The notes below the pieces were generated by a model. It did no database searches and was not told the origin of the DNA. It saw nothing but the letters and a program-made list of their open reading frames with translations. Made by a program: the position numbers and the translations under genes. From assembly GCF_009914755.1 (NCBI RefSeq), contig NC_060947.1: 64,000 bases of DNA, one strand, 5' to 3'. Below, piece by piece: positions 16,186-35,233 of this stretch (position 1 is its first letter; each line of letters opens with the position of its first letter). This stretch comes from the human T2T-CHM13v2.0 reference genome, Homo sapiens.

Positions 16186-18626
16186 GACTTTTTCCTATAG
16201 AGCTGTTTGAATGCCTTATATTCTGGTTATTAATTCCTTGTCAGATGGGTAGTTTTCAAATATTTTCTCCCATTCTTTGGGCTCTTTCTTCACTTTGTTG
16301 CTTGTTTCTTTTGCTGTGCAGGAGCTTTCTAACTTCATGTGATCCCATTTGTACATATTTGCTTTGGTTGCCTGTGCTTGTGGGTATTGCTCAAGAAATC
16401 TTTGCCCAGACCAATGTCCTGGAGGCTTTCACAAATGTTTTCTTGTAGTAGTTTCATAGTTTGAGGTCTTACATTTAAAGCTTTAACCCATTTTGGTTTG
16501 ATTTTTGTATATAGTGAGATACTGGGGTCTACCTTTATTCTTCTACATATAAATACCCAATTTTCCCAGCACCATTTATTGAAGAAATTGTCTTTTCTCT
16601 AGTGTATATTCTTGGCCCCTTTGAGCTCACTGCAGGTGTGTGCATTTGCTTCTGAGTCCTCTATTCTGTTCCATTGGTCTACCTGCCTTTTGGGGGTAGT
16701 ACCATGCTGTTTTGGTTACTATAGCTCTGTAGTATAATTTGAAATCAGGTAATGTGATTCCTTCAGTTTTGTTCTTTCTGCTTAGGATAGCTTTGGCTAT
16801 TATGGACTCTTGCATTTCCACATAAATTTTAAGGTTGTTTTTCTATTTCTGTGAAGAATGTCATTGCTATTTTGATAGGGATTGCACTAAATCTGTAGAT
16901 TGCTTTGGATAGTATGAACATTTTAACAATATTGATTCTTCCAGTCTATATATAGTTTTATAGTTTTCATTGTAGAGGTTTTTCACTTCTTTGGTTAAGT
17001 TGACTGGTAGGTATTTAATATTATTTGTGGCTATTGTAAATGAGATTATGTTTTGATTTCTTTTTCAAATTATTCATTGTTGGCATGTAGAAAAGCTACT
17101 GGTTTTTGTATGTTGAATTTGTGTCCTGCAATGTTACTGAATTTATTTAACAGTTCTAAAAGTTTCCCTGTGGCATCTTTAGGCTTTTCCCAAATATAAG
17201 ACCATATCATCTCCAAACAAGGATAATTTGACTTCTTCCTTTCCAATTTGGATGTCCTTTATTTCTTTCTGTTGTCTAACTACTCTAGCTAGGGTTTCCA
17301 GTACTATGTTAAATAACAGAGGTGAAAATGGGCATCAATGTCATATTCCAGATTTTAGAGAAAAGGCTTTCAGTTTTTTCCCATTCAGTACAATACTAGC
17401 TGTAGGTCTGCTGTATATGGCTTTTATTATGTTGAGGTATTTTCCTTTTATGCCCAGTTTTTTGAGGATTTTTAGCATGAAGGGATGTTACATTTTATCA
17501 AATGCCTTTTCAGTATCAGTTGAAATTATGATATAGTTTTTATCCTTTGTTTTGTTGATAAGATGTATCACATTGATTGATTTGCATATGTTGAACCATC
17601 ATTGTAGCCCAGGGATAAATCCCACTGGGTCATGGTATATGATTCTTTTACTGCACTTTGGTATTTGGCTTGATAGTAATTTTTTGAGGCTTTTTGCATC
17701 TATGTTCATCAGGGATATTGGCCTGTAGTTTTCTTTTCTTCTTGTGTCTTTTCTTTCTTTCAAATTCATTTATTTCTGCTCTGATCTTTTCTTTTACTAA
17801 TTTTGGATTCAGTTTGCTCTAACTTTTCTCATTCTTTAAGATGTATCATTAGGTTATTTATCTGAAATGTTTCTCCTTTTCTGATGTAGGCACATAGCTA
17901 TAAGATTCTCTCTTAGTACTGCTTTTGCTGTCTCCCACATGTTCTGGTATGTTGTGTTTCCACTATAATTTGTTTCAAGAATTTTTAAAATTGTCTTCTT
18001 AATTTCTTCATTGACCCACTGGTCATTCAGGAGCACATTGTTTAACTCCATGTGTTTATATAGTTTCAAAATTTTTTCTTGTTATTGATTTCTGGTTTTA
18101 TTCCATTGCTTGATATAATCTTATTTTTTTTGAATGTTTTAAGACTTGTGTTATGACCTAACATATGGTCTATCATTGAGAATGATTCATGTACTAAAGA
18201 GAAGAATGTGTATTCTACAGCCATTGGATGAAATGTTCTGTAAATATCTATTATGTTCATTTGTTCTATAGTGCAGATTACGTCTGATATTTCTTTGAAG
18301 TCTTCAGGTATTATTGTATTGAGGTCTATCTCTCTTTAGCTCTAATAATGTTTGCTTCATATATCTTGTTGCTCCAGTGTTGTGTGCTTATGTATTTACA
18401 ATTGTAATATCCTTTTGCTGAATTGACCCCTTTATCATTATATAATAATCTTCTTTGTCTCTTATTTTTTATTGTGAAATCTATTTTGTTTGATATAATT
18501 AAAGTTACTCCTTCTCTTTTTTTGGTTTCCATTGGCATGGAATACTTTTTTCCATCCCTTTATTTTCAATCTATGTGTATGTTTATAGGTGAAGTGTGTT
18601 CCTTGTAGGCAACAGACCCTTGGGTC

Positions 18627-18908
18627 TTTTTTTTTTTTTTGATGGAATCTCGCTCTGTCATCAGGCTGGAGTGCAGCGGTGTGATCTTGGCTCACCGCAA
18701 CCACTGCCTCCCGGTTTCTGCTGCCTCAGCCTCCGGAGTAGCTGGGACTACAGGCACATGCCACCATGCCCAGCTAATTTTTTTATTTTTAGTAGAGACA
18801 GGGTTTCACCATGTTGGCTAGTATATTCTCGACCCCTTGACCTCGCGATCCACCTGCCTTGGCCTCCCAAAGTCCTGGGATTATAGGCGTGAACCACCGT
18901 GCCTGGCC
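18627..18908 (-). mobile_element. AluS with a small internal deletion
   Basis: Poly-T, then gatggaatctcgctctgtc...gtgaaccaccgtgcctggcc. Confidence 0.9.
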
Positions 18909-19293
18909 AGGCCTTGTTTTTTTTTTAATCTATTCAACCTGTCTATGTCTTGAATTGGAGCATTTGTTCCATTTACATTCAATGATATTATTGATAAATA
19001 TGGACTTACCCCTGCAATTTTGTTATTTGTTTTCCAGATCTTTCCTAGTCTTCTCTTCCTTCTTTCTTTCCTTCTTTTTTTTTATTATTATTTTACTTTA
19101 AGTTTCAGGGTACATGTGCACAATGTGCAGGTTAGTTATATATGTATACATGTGCCATGCTGGTGTGCTGCATCCATTAACTCGTCACTTAGCATTAGGT
19201 ATATCTCTTAATGCTATCCCTCCCCCCTCCCCCCACTCCACAAGAGACCGAGAATGTGATGTTCCCCTTCCTGTGTCCATGTGTTCTCATTGT

Positions 19294-23115
<3,822 letters not shown>

Positions 23116-23178
23116 TACGATGTTAGCTGGTTATTTTGCTCGTTAGTTGATGCAGTTTCTTCCTAGTCTCGATGGTCT

Positions 23179-24195
23179 TTACATTTTGGCATGATTTTGC
23201 AGCGGCTGGTACCGGTTGTGCCTTTCCATGTTTAGTGCTTCCTTCAGGAGCTCTTTTAGGGCAGGCCTGGTGGTGACAAAATCTCTCAGCATTTGCTTGT
23301 CTGTAAAGTATTTTATTTCTCCTTCACTTATGAAGCTTAGTTTGGCTGGATATGAAATTCTGGGTTGAAAATTCTTTGCTTTAAGAATCTTGAATATTGG
23401 CCCCCACTCTCTTCTGGCTTGTAGAGTTTCTGCTGAGAGATCTGCTGTTAGTCTGATGGGCTTCCCTTTGTGGGTTACCCTACCTTTCTCTCTGGCTGCC
23501 CTTAACATTTTTTCCTTCATTTCAACTTTGGTGAATCTGACAATTATGTGTCTTGGAGTTGCTCTTCTCGAGGAGTATCTTTGTGGCGTTCTCTGTATTT
23601 CCTGAATCTGAATGTTGGCCTGCCTTGCTAGATTGAGGAAGTTCTCCTGGATAATATCCTGCAGAGTGTTTTCCAACTTGGTTCCATTCTCCCTGTCACT
23701 TTCGGGTACACCAATCAGACGTATATTTGGTCTTTTCACATAGTCCCATATTTCTTGGAGGCTTTGTTCATTTCTTTTTATTCTTTTTTCTCTAAACTTC
23801 CCTTCTCACTTCATTTCATTCATTTCATCTTCCATCACTGATACCCTTTCTTTCAGTTGATCGCATCGGCTCCTGAGGCTTCTGCATTCTTCACATAGTT
23901 CTCGAGCCTTGGCTTTCAGCTCCATCAGCTCCTTTAAGCACTTCTCTGTATTGGTTATTCCAGTTATACATTCGTCTAAATTTTTTTCAAGGTTTTCAAC
24001 TTCTTTGCCATTGGTTTGAATTTCCTCCTGTAGCTCGGAGTAGTTTGATCGTCTGAAGCCTTCTTCTCTCAACTCGTCAAAGTCATTCTCCATCCAGCTT
24101 TGTTCCGTTGCTGGTGAGGAACTGCATTCCTTTGGAGGAGGAGAGGCACTCTGCTTTTTAGAGTTTCCAGTTTTTCTGCTCTGTTTTTTCCCCAT
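23179..24195 (-). pseudogene. L1 ORF1p, interrupted by an in-frame stop at 23806-23808
   Basis: MGKKQSRKTGNSK...EMK* then ...RYQPLQNHAKM. The 1017-nt span stays in one frame. Confidence 0.93.
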
Positions 24196-26989
24196 CTTTG
24201 TGGTTTTATCTACTTTTGGTCTTTGATGATGGTGACGTACAGATGGGTTTTTGGTGTGGATGTCCTTTCTGTTTGTTAGTTTTCCTTCTAACAGACAGGA
24301 CCCTCAGCTGCAGGTCTGTTGGAGTTTGCTAGAGGTCCACTCTAGACCCTGTTTGCCTGGGTATCAGCAGCGGTGTCTGCAGAACCGCGGATTTTCGTGA
24401 TCCGTGAATGCTGCCTTCTGATCATTTCTCTGGAAGTTTTGTCTCAGAGGAGTACCCGGTGGTGTGAGGTGTCAGTCTGCCCCTACTGGGTGGTGCCTCC
24501 CAGTTAGGCTGCTCGGGGGTCAGGGGTCAGGGACCCACTTGAGGAGGCAGTCTGCCCATTCTCATATCTCCAGCTGCGTGCTGGGAGAACCACTGCTCTT
24601 CTCAAAGCTGTCAGACAGGGACATTTAAGTCTGCAGAGGTTACTGCTGTCTTTTTGTTTGTCTGTGGCCTGCCCCCAGAGGTGGAGCCTACAGAGTCAGG
24701 CAGGCCTCCTTGAGCTGTGGTGGGCTTCACCCAGTTCGAGCTTCCTGGCAGTTTTGTTTACCTAAGCGAGCCTGGGCAATGGCGGGTCCCACTCCCCCAG
24801 CCTCGCTGCCACCTTGCAGTTTGATCTCAGACTGCTGTGCTACCAATCAGCAAGACTCCATGGTCGTAGGACCCTCTGAGCCAGATGCGGGCGGGATATA
24901 ATGTCCTGGTGCGCCATTTCCTAAGCCAGTCAGAAAAGCGCAGTATTCGGGTGGGGAGTGGCCCGATTTTCCAGGTGCCGTCTGTCACCCCTTTCCTTGA
25001 CCAGGAAAGGGAACTCCGTGATCCCTTGCGCTTCCCTAGTGAGGCAATGCCTGGCCCTGCTTTGGCTGGTGCACGGTGCGCTGCACCCACTGTCCTGCAC
25101 CCACTGTCTGGCACTCCCTAGTGAGATGAACCTGGTACCTCAGATGGAAATGCAGAAATCACCCGTCTTCTGCGTTGCTCACGCTGGGAGCTGTAGACCG
25201 GAGCTGTTCCTATTCGGCCATCTTGGCTCCTCCCTTTCTTTCCTTCTTGTCTTTCTTTTAGTAAAGGAGATTTTCTCTGGTGGTATGATTTAATTTCTTG
25301 CTTTTTGTTTTTTGTGTATTCATTGTATGTTTTTCAATTTGAGGTTACCATGAGGCTTTCAAATACTATCTTATAACCCACTATTTTAAACAGATGACAA
25401 CTTAAAACTGATTGCATAAATGTGCAAAAAGAAAACTAATAAAAACTCTACACTTTAAATTCATCCCCCCACTTTTTAACTTTTTGTTGTTTCTCTTTAT
25501 GTCTTATTGTACTATCTATGTCTTGAAAAGTTGCATTTTTTATTGGCTCATTATTTAGTCTTTCTACTTAAAATAAGAGCAGTTTATACTCTAAAATTAC
25601 AGTGTTATAATATCTTTTGCTTTTCTTTGTGCTTGCTATTACCAGTGAGTTTTGTACCTTCATATGATTTCTTCTTGCTCATTAACATCGTTTTCTTTCT
25701 GATTGAAGAACACCTTTTAGCAATTCTTGTACAAGTCTGGCTTTATGAAATATCTCAGCTTTTGTTTTTCTGGGAAAGTCTTTATTGCTCCTTCATTCTT
25801 GGAGGATATATTCACCAGATACACTATTCCTTCAATACTCTAAATATGTCATGCTACACTCTCCTGACCTGTTTGATTTCCACTGAGTAGTCTGCTGCCA
25901 GATGTATTGGAACACCATTGTATGTTATTTATTTATTTTCTCTTGCTTGTTTTACAATCATCTCTTCATCCTTGACCTTTGGGAATTTGAGTATTAAATG
26001 CCTTTAGGCAGTCTTCTTTGGGTTAAATCTGCTTGGTGCTTAAAACCTTCTTATACTTCAATGTTGATAACTTACTCTAGGTTTCGGTAGTTCTCTGATT
26101 TTTTTTTTGAATAAACTTGCTACCCTTATCTCTTTCTCTGCTTCATCTTTAAGGGGATTAACTCCTAGATTTGCCCCTTTGAGGTTATTTTCTAGAGCTT
26201 GTAGGTATGCTTCATTTTATTTTTGAATTTTTTCTCCTTTGACAGTGTATTTTCAAATAACCTGTCTTCAAGCTCACTAATTATTTCTTCTGCTTAATAA
26301 ATTCTGCTATTAAGAGACTCTGATGCATTCTTTAGTATATCAATTGCATTTTTCAACTCTAGAATTTCTTCTTGGTTCTTTATAATTATTTTAGTTTCTT
26401 TGTTGAATTTATTTGATAGAATTCTGAATTCCTTTTCTGTATTATCTTGAATTTCTTTGAGGGCCTCAAGACAGCCATTTTGAATTCTCATCTGAAAGGC
26501 CACATATCTGTTTCTCCAGGTTTGGTCACTGGTGTCCTGTTTAATTGATTTGATGAGGTCATGTTTTCTGGAAGATCTTGATGCTTGTAGATATTCATCA
26601 GTGTCTGGACATTGAAGAGTTAAGTACTTATTTTAGTCTTCACAGTCTGGGCTTGTTTGCTCCTGTCGTTATTAAGAAGGCTTTCCAGGTATTCCAAGGG
26701 ACTTGGGCCCTAAGCCCAATAACACTGGTTTTTGCAGACTTGTATAAGTACTGTGTTGGTGGTCTTAGATAAGATCCAAAAGAATTTTCTGGATTACCAG
26801 TCAGAGGCTCTTGTTCTTTTTCCTTAGTTTCTCCCAAACAAATAGTCTCTCTCTCTTTCTCTCTCTCTCTTTTTCTGCCAAGCCACATGGAGTGTGATGG
26901 TGCAAGGACCACTGTGGCTACACTACTGGGATTTCACTGAGTCAGACCTGAAGCCAACACAGCACTGGGTCTTGCCCAAGGCCCTCAGT

Positions 26990-27800
26990 AACCATTACCT
27001 GGCTACCGTCTATGTTCACTCAAGGCCCTAGGGCTCTATGACCAGTAGTTGGCAAATTCACCCAGGTTTGTGTTCTTCCCTTCAGGGCAGTGAATTCCCC
27101 CAGGCCCCAGGTGGGTCCAGAGATGCTGTCTGGGAGCCAGGGATTTGAGGAAAAAAACTTAGAAATTTGCCTGATGCTCTGTGCTACTGCAGCTAAGCTG
27201 GCACTCAAACCACAAGATGCAGTCCTTCCCTCCCTTTCCATAGTCAGAGGAACATTTCCCTGTGGCCACCACCAACACTGCCCTATAGGGGTTTCTGCCA
27301 GGCCACTGCCAGTGTTCACTTAAGGCCCAAGTTCTTTTCAGTCAGCTTGTGGTGAATGATGCCAGGCCCTAAACTCACCCTTCAGGGCAATGATCTCTTC
27401 TCTGGCCCAGAGAAGGCCCAGAAATGCTGTCCAAGATTCTAGGCCTGAACTCAGGGACCCCAAGAGCATGCTTGTTGCTCTACCCAATTGTAGTCAAGCT
27501 GATACTTAAGGTGCAAGACAAAATCTCCTTAACTTTTCACTCTACTTTTCTCAAACAGAAGGAGTCTTTATCCATACACCACAGCTGGCAATGTGCTCAG
27601 TGATACCTGAAGCCAGCAGGTCTCACAGCCCAAGGCCCATGGCATACTACCTGGGTATTGCTGCTGGTTATTCAGGGCCCAAGGGCTCTTTAGTAAGCAG
27701 GTGATGAATTCTACCAAGACCGTTTCTTCCCTTCAAGGCAGCGTGTTCCCTTTTGACCCAGGGTATATCTAGAAATGCTGTCTGGGAGCTAGGGCCTGGA
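26990..27800 (-). repeat. Three diverged ~300-350-bp monomers in the old L1 5'UTR
   Basis: Recurring aaggccc..ggg..ctct / cccttcagggca / cagaaatgctgtc blocks at ~27020, ~27320 and ~27672. Confidence 0.75.
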
Positions 27801-28734
27801 ACGGGAACCTCATGACTGACTCTGCCTGAGCTGAGGAAGTAGTCACTTTTGCTGCTGTGAGTTTCACTGCCTGGGTTGGGGAAGGGGTCGTGCAAGCATT
27901 CCTTTACCTGCCCAGCTTGTCTCCCTATGTCATGTGCCACCCTAGTCCTCTGGCTCTGGGCCCAGCCCAGCAGTAAGAGTTGTCTAGGAATTGCAGTTCT
28001 TGTGTGCTAGACTGCCTTTCAAGTTTATCAAGGACCCCAGAGCACTGTGACCCACAGTAGCAAGGCTTGCCAAGAAATTCAAGTTCCAACTGCTGGAGTG
28101 GGAAGTTCTCCTCTGGCTGAGTCTGGTCCAAATGCTCTCTCTCTGCATGAATGCTGGCTGAACCCAGCACAGTTTGCTCTCCTCTCTGCTGTGATAGAGC
28201 ATTACCGAGTTCGATGTTAAGTCTTCCAGTTACTGCACTCTCCCTCCCCCAAGTGCACAGAGTCTCCATGCAGCATGGCTCTACTGGGGGATGGAGGAGA
28301 TGTGGCATTGGCGACTCAAGACTGTCTCTTTGACTCTCTTCAATGCCTCTTTCAAAGATATGAAGTTAAAAACATGTACTATGATTGCTCACCTGATTTT
28401 TGGTTCTGCGATGGTGCTTTTCTGTGTGCAGACAGTTGTTAAAATTTGGTGTTCCTGCATGTGAGACAAATGGTGTAGGCTCCTATTCTGCCATCTTGCT
28501 CCAACCCATCCTATTCTATATTTTTATTTTTATTTGCCATATATAATGAGGAGTGAAACTGCATTTAACTCTGTCAAGTTTCTCTGCAATTTAGTACCTA
28601 TGTAAATCACAATAGCATTTACCAAATATTCCATTTTCTGCTCTTGATTTCTCACACAACCACTTGGTGAGGCAGAGTCATATGACTTGTTCTGGCTAGA
28701 TACTCAGAGTATAAAACCTTCTGAAGTGGAGGGA

Positions 28735-31700
28735 AAAAGAAAGTAGCAACCATAGCAAAGTTAGAGTAGTTATACCATTATCAATCAAGAGAGACTTTAA
28801 ACCAAAAAGTATGTTACTAGAGACACAAAGGGACATTTTATAATGATAAAAGAGTCAATGCATTAGAAAGTTATAACAATTATATATGCATCTAATAACA
28901 GAGCACCAAGATACATGCAGTAAAAACTGACAGGAATGAAGGTAAAAATATATAAATCAAAAATAGTTGTTGAAGATGTCAATATCCCATTTTCAATAAT
29001 GATACAATGACCACACATAAGATTAGCAAGAGATTAGGTTTGAACAACACTATAAAGCCATGAGTCCTAAGAGACATCAATAGAGCCTTCCATTCAACGA
29101 CAATAGAATATACATTCTTCTCAAGTGCATATGGAACATTCTCCAGGATAGAGCAAATGCTAGTCCATAGACAAAACTTCAGTAAATTTAAAATGAGAGA
29201 AATAATATGAAGTATGTTCTCTGACCACAAAATATTTAATTTGAAATCAATAATAAGAATTTGGGAAACTCACATATATGTGAAAATTAAGCAAGATACT
29301 CCCAAATAACCAATGGGTCAAAGAACAAATCAAAGGGGAAATTAGATAATCTCTTGAAATGAATAACATGACGACATAGAATAACAAAATTTATGCAATG
29401 CAACAAACTCGGTGCTTAGAGGGTAATTTATAGCTGTAAATACCTATGTTAAGAAAGAAGAAAGACTACAAATCTATAACCTAACCTTCCAACTTAAGAC
29501 ACAAAAAGAAAAACAACCCAAACCTTAAACAAGCAGAGGAAATAGTAAAGATTAGAATGGGAATTAATGAAATAGATAATAGGAAACCTATCAAGAAAAT
29601 CAAAGAAACAAAAAGCTATTTTTTTAAAAGCTCAACAAAATTGAAAAACTTTTATCTAGGTTGACCAAGTAAAAAGGGAGTGGAGACACAAATTACCAGA
29701 ATCAGAAATTAAAGAGAGATGATTACTACTGACCTTACAGAAATAAGAAGGGGTATAAAGAAATACTATGAATAATTGTACACCAACAAATTAGATTACT
29801 TAGATGAAATGGACAAATTCCTGGAAACACAAACTGCTGAAACTGATTCAAGTATGAGTCTTCATAGGCCCATAACCAGTGAAGAGCTTGAATCAATAAT
29901 TTAAAACCACCCATAAAGAAAAGACGAGACCCACATGGCTTTATCACTAAAGTCTATCAATCATTTTTTGAAATACTAATTCTTCCTGAACTCTTCCAAA
30001 AAACAGAAGAAGGAATGCTTCTCATCTCATTTTATAAATTTATAGCTTTTTATACCCTGACACCGAAACCAAATGCACCACAAGAAAAAAAAAACCTACA
30101 GATCAAAATCTCTTATGAATATGGATACAGACATTTTCAACAAAATACTAGCAAACTGAATATGGCAGCACATAAAAAGAGCTATACACCATGACCAAGT
30201 GGTATTTATCCCAGGAATGCAAGATTGGTTTAATATTTTAAAAAATCACTTAATATAATACATCATATTAATAAAACAAAACTAAAAAATACATGACTAT
30301 CTCCATAAATGCAAAAAAAGGATTTGACAAAATCCAACATTCTTTCATGACAAAAACACTAAAAAACTGGGAGTAGGTGGGGACTTCCTCAACATGATAA
30401 AGAACATCTATGAAAAATCAACAGCTTATGTCATACTTCTGTTCAAAGACTGAAGGCTTCCCCCTGAGATCAGGAACATGACAAGGATGTCTGCTCTCAC
30501 CGTTTTTACTCAGGATTTTACTGGAGGTTATAACCAGTGCAATTAGTCCAGCAAAATAAATAAAAGGTATCCAGATTACAAAGGAAGGGTTAAAACTATC
30601 TCTATTTGAAGATGGCATCATCTTGTATACAGAAAATCTTAAGGAATCCATAAAAAACGATAGAACTAATCAATGAAGAATCAGAAAGAAAAGTTGGAAA
30701 AGCAATCTTATTTACAATAGCATCCAAAAGAATAAAATATTTAGAAATAACTTTAACCATGGAGGTAAAATATCTGTACAGTGAAAACTATAGGACATTG
30801 ATGAAAGAAATTGAAGACACACGTAAGTAGAAAGATATCCTGAGTTATTGAAACAGAAGAATTAACATTGTTACAATGTCCATACTACTCAAAGCAATCC
30901 GATGAAAATAAATGAAAATCCTATCAAAATTCTAATCTTATTTTTCACAGAAAATAAAAAATCCTAAATTTGCGTGAAACCACGAAAGACCCTGATTTCA
31001 AAGCAATCTTAAGAAAGACTAACAAATTTAGAGGCATCACACTTCCTATTTCAAGCTGTATTGCAAAGCTGTAGAAAGCAAAACAGCATGGTACTGGCAT
31101 AAAAGCAGACACATAGAGCAATAGAATAGAGAGCCCAGAAATATACTCATCCATCTACAGTCAATTTATCTTTGACAAAGGTGTCAAAACCATGTCATGG
31201 GGAAAGGCTCTTCAATAAATTGTATTGGGAAAACTGGATATCCACAGGCAAAAAAAAAAAAAAAAAAAAAAGGACCCTTATTTTACACTACTTACAAAAA
31301 TGAACTCAAAATGAATTAAAGACATACATGTAACACTTGAAACCTTAAACTCCTACCAAAAAAAACAGGAAAAAGATCTCCTTGACATTGTTCTCAACAA
31401 TAATTTTTTGCACATGACACCAAAAGCAAAAATAAACAAGTGGGGTTACATCAAACTAAAAAGCTTTTGCACAACAATGAAAACAATCAATAAAATGAAA
31501 ATGTAACTGACAGAATGGGAGAAAATATTTGTAAACCATATACCTGATAAAGGGTTGATATTTGAAATTTATAAGGAAGTCCTACAACTCCTTAGCAAAA
31601 ACAAAACAAGAAAAACAAAACCCAGAAAACAACAAAAAACCCACTCCTAATAATCCTATTAAAAATGGGCAAAGAAGCTGAATAGACATTTTTGCAAAGA

Positions 31701-32624
31701 AGATATACAAATGGCCAACAGATATAATGAAAAGTTGCTCAACATTACTAATCATCAAAGAAAACAAAACCACAATGAAATATCACCTCACATCTGTTAG
31801 GATAGCTATTATAAAAAAGACAAGAGATAACAAATGTTGACTAGGATATAGAGAAAAGTGAACCCTTGCACAGGTTGATGGGAATGTAAATTGGTGTACA
31901 TTAAGGAAAACAGTATGGAGAATTCTTGAAAAATTAAAAACAGAACTACCATATGATCAAACAATCTCACTTCTCATTATATATCCAAAAGAATTGAAAT
32001 CAAGATCTTGAAGAGATAGCTGCACTCCCAAATTCATTGTAGCATTATTCAGAAGAGCCAAGATATGAAAACAACTTGTATGTCTATTGACAGATGAATG
32101 GATAAGAAAAAAAACTGTGGCATATACAAACAATGGAATATTATTCAGTCTTTAAAAAGAAGGTAATCCTGCCATATGTGACTATGTGAATTAATCTAGA
32201 GAACATTATGCTAAGTAAAATAAGCTAGTCACAAAAGACAAATACTCAATGATTCCACTAACAGAAGGTATCTAAAATAGTCAAACTCATAGAAGCAGAG
32301 AGTAAAATGGTGGTTGTAGGGGCTGGGGCAAGGAAGAAATGGGGAATATGTTAAATGTGTATAAAGTTTCAGTTATGCAGGATGAGTAACTTCTAGAGAT
32401 CTGCTATACAAGTTGGTGTCTATAGTCAACAATACTGTATTGTGCACTTTAAAAAATTGCTGAGGGTAGACCTCATAATGAGCATTCTTACTACAATAAA
32501 AGGAGAGTCCTGAGGAAACTTTTAGAGATGATGGATATATGTTAATTACTTTAATTGTAGTGATGGATTTATTGTGTATGCCTATGTCCAAACTTACCAA
32601 ATTGCTTGCATTATATATATGCAG

Positions 32625-32672
<48 letters not shown>

Positions 32673-32970
32673 TCTTACCATCAAGCCAGTAATCAAGAAG
32701 ATGTGGTATTGGTATAAACACAGGCATATTGAACAATGGAACAGAATAACAACCCTTAATAAGTGAAATAATTCCAGTCAGTAAAAACACAATTCTAAAA
32801 GATAAAAATATAACCCAGAAATTTTACTCCTGAGTATCTTCCAAATAGATACAGAAATATTCATTCGTGCAAAGACTTTTACATGAATGTTTATAGCAGA
32901 AATCCTAACAATGGTTAAAAAGTGAAAGCAACACAAATGTCCATCAATTGCTGAATGGACAAACCACATT
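28735..32970 (+). mobile_element. Composite of old plus-strand L1M pieces (ORF2 28735-30675; L1MA 3' half ~30680-32500; short L1MB/MC pieces)
   Basis: Decayed EN-RT (ccaggaatgcaagattggtttaa, tttgaagatggcatcatc) and an L1MA 3'UTR. Confidence 0.75.
32627..32669 (+). repeat. (TG)n microsatellite, ~21 units
   Basis: Directly visible. Confidence 0.97.
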
Positions 32971-33384
32971 CCTCAAAATCTGAATTTGTCAGTCTAGATT
33001 AACCTCTGTTACTCAGTCTGGATCTCATGGACCTCAAACCTCATTTCTTCACCCTCTGGATATCTCAGCCTTGCCAATCCCTCATTCTCAATTTTGTCAT
33101 CCACTGGGATGTAGGTTATCAGCATTTAAGGGTATGAAACTTGAGGCTGACGAGTCACAATTTTTAAAAAGCCAGTATCTCCAGTTGATCTAATCTTTAT
33201 CTCCCACTCTTTAAAAATTTTAACTCCTACACATAACCACCATTTCTCTTCCATCTTCAAATTCTCCTACTCTAGTGGTTACTTCCATCAATGTACAATT
33301 TATGCTCTACTGTCCTCCATTTTCAACAAATACCTTCCCTTGATGACACTTCCCTACCAGCTATTGTTCTATATATCTGCTGTC

Positions 33385-34020
<636 letters not shown>

Positions 34021-35192
34021 TAATGCCCCTAGGGAGGCATTAACATCATTGATTGAGATATAATCTCTTGAACAATATAAGAGGCATAGTAGGCGCACAA
34101 CGAATGGTTCTGGGTCAACAAAAAACTGACAGCCTCACAAATCTACATTCATGTTGCTTAGGGTTGCCAGTCTGGGACCAAGAGGAATTATGGCATTTGA
34201 AGAGAAATAATGTGTATCGATTATTTTAAAGCATCCTCTGTTTCAAGAGGCAAAGCTTGAATGTGCAATGGGGTGATAACTTCGGTTTTCTCAATCTAGC
34301 TTGAACTGTATTATAGAAAAGATACTAATAATAATAGGCACTGTTTATTGAGTTACTAAGAGCCATAAAAAGGCCTACTTTGTTAGAGTGCCAGCAACAT
34401 TTTCCAGATGCTTCAGGTGGAATCCGTTTCTTACTCTTGTGTCAGCTGAAATTTGAGCTTGAAAGAGACACTCTATTATGAGGGAATCCACTTTTACAAG
34501 CCATTTTCATTATGCAGCCATCAAAATAGACATATCTATGTATTATTTTGAGAAAATCCATGCACTGGGGCATGATTTATATGCAGATGCTTCAAATTAA
34601 GGTAGTAAATACTAAGCTGAATAATATAAAAAGCTGTATTGATAATATAAGGTATATCTTGGCAGAGATCAAGACGTTACCTCCTTTTTGGCTGGGCCAG
34701 AGAGAATGGGAGTTAGTTTTCTAGTCTTAGAGAATGTGGGGCAGAGTCAAGTGGGATCACAGTCTGACGAAGTAATTAGATTCCTGCAATATTGTGGTAG
34801 GTCAGTGCATAAGTAGTGGACATTCCATGATATGGAAAACCATAGTGTCACCCTTTTGTGCACTGTAATATCCTCTAGTTTCCTAAAATGGGTAGCATGT
34901 TTGTTAAACCTTATAGTCTGCTGTTAGCAGTGTTTTTGGAATGAAGGAACAGGTAGATCTGGGAAAGGAAAGAGCAGTAGCCTGCGGAATTGGATGGAGA
35001 CCCTGACAGTTCCCCGCTAGAGAAGGCTGGAACTGCCAACTAAGCCGGAGGTGACAAGTAACAACCCCCATGGATTTCTGGAACATGTAAGCACTGCCCG
35101 GGGAATTTAATATATATTAAGAGAGAGTTCCTGTAGTCAGCCAGGTAACCGTCTCAGAAGGAACTTACTTGGTATTGTTGGAAGAGACAGAC

Positions 35193-35195
<3 letters not shown>

Positions 35196-35232
<37 letters not shown>
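35196..35232 (+). repeat. (GA)n microsatellite
   Basis: Directly visible. Confidence 0.97.
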
Positions 35233-35233
<1 letters not shown>

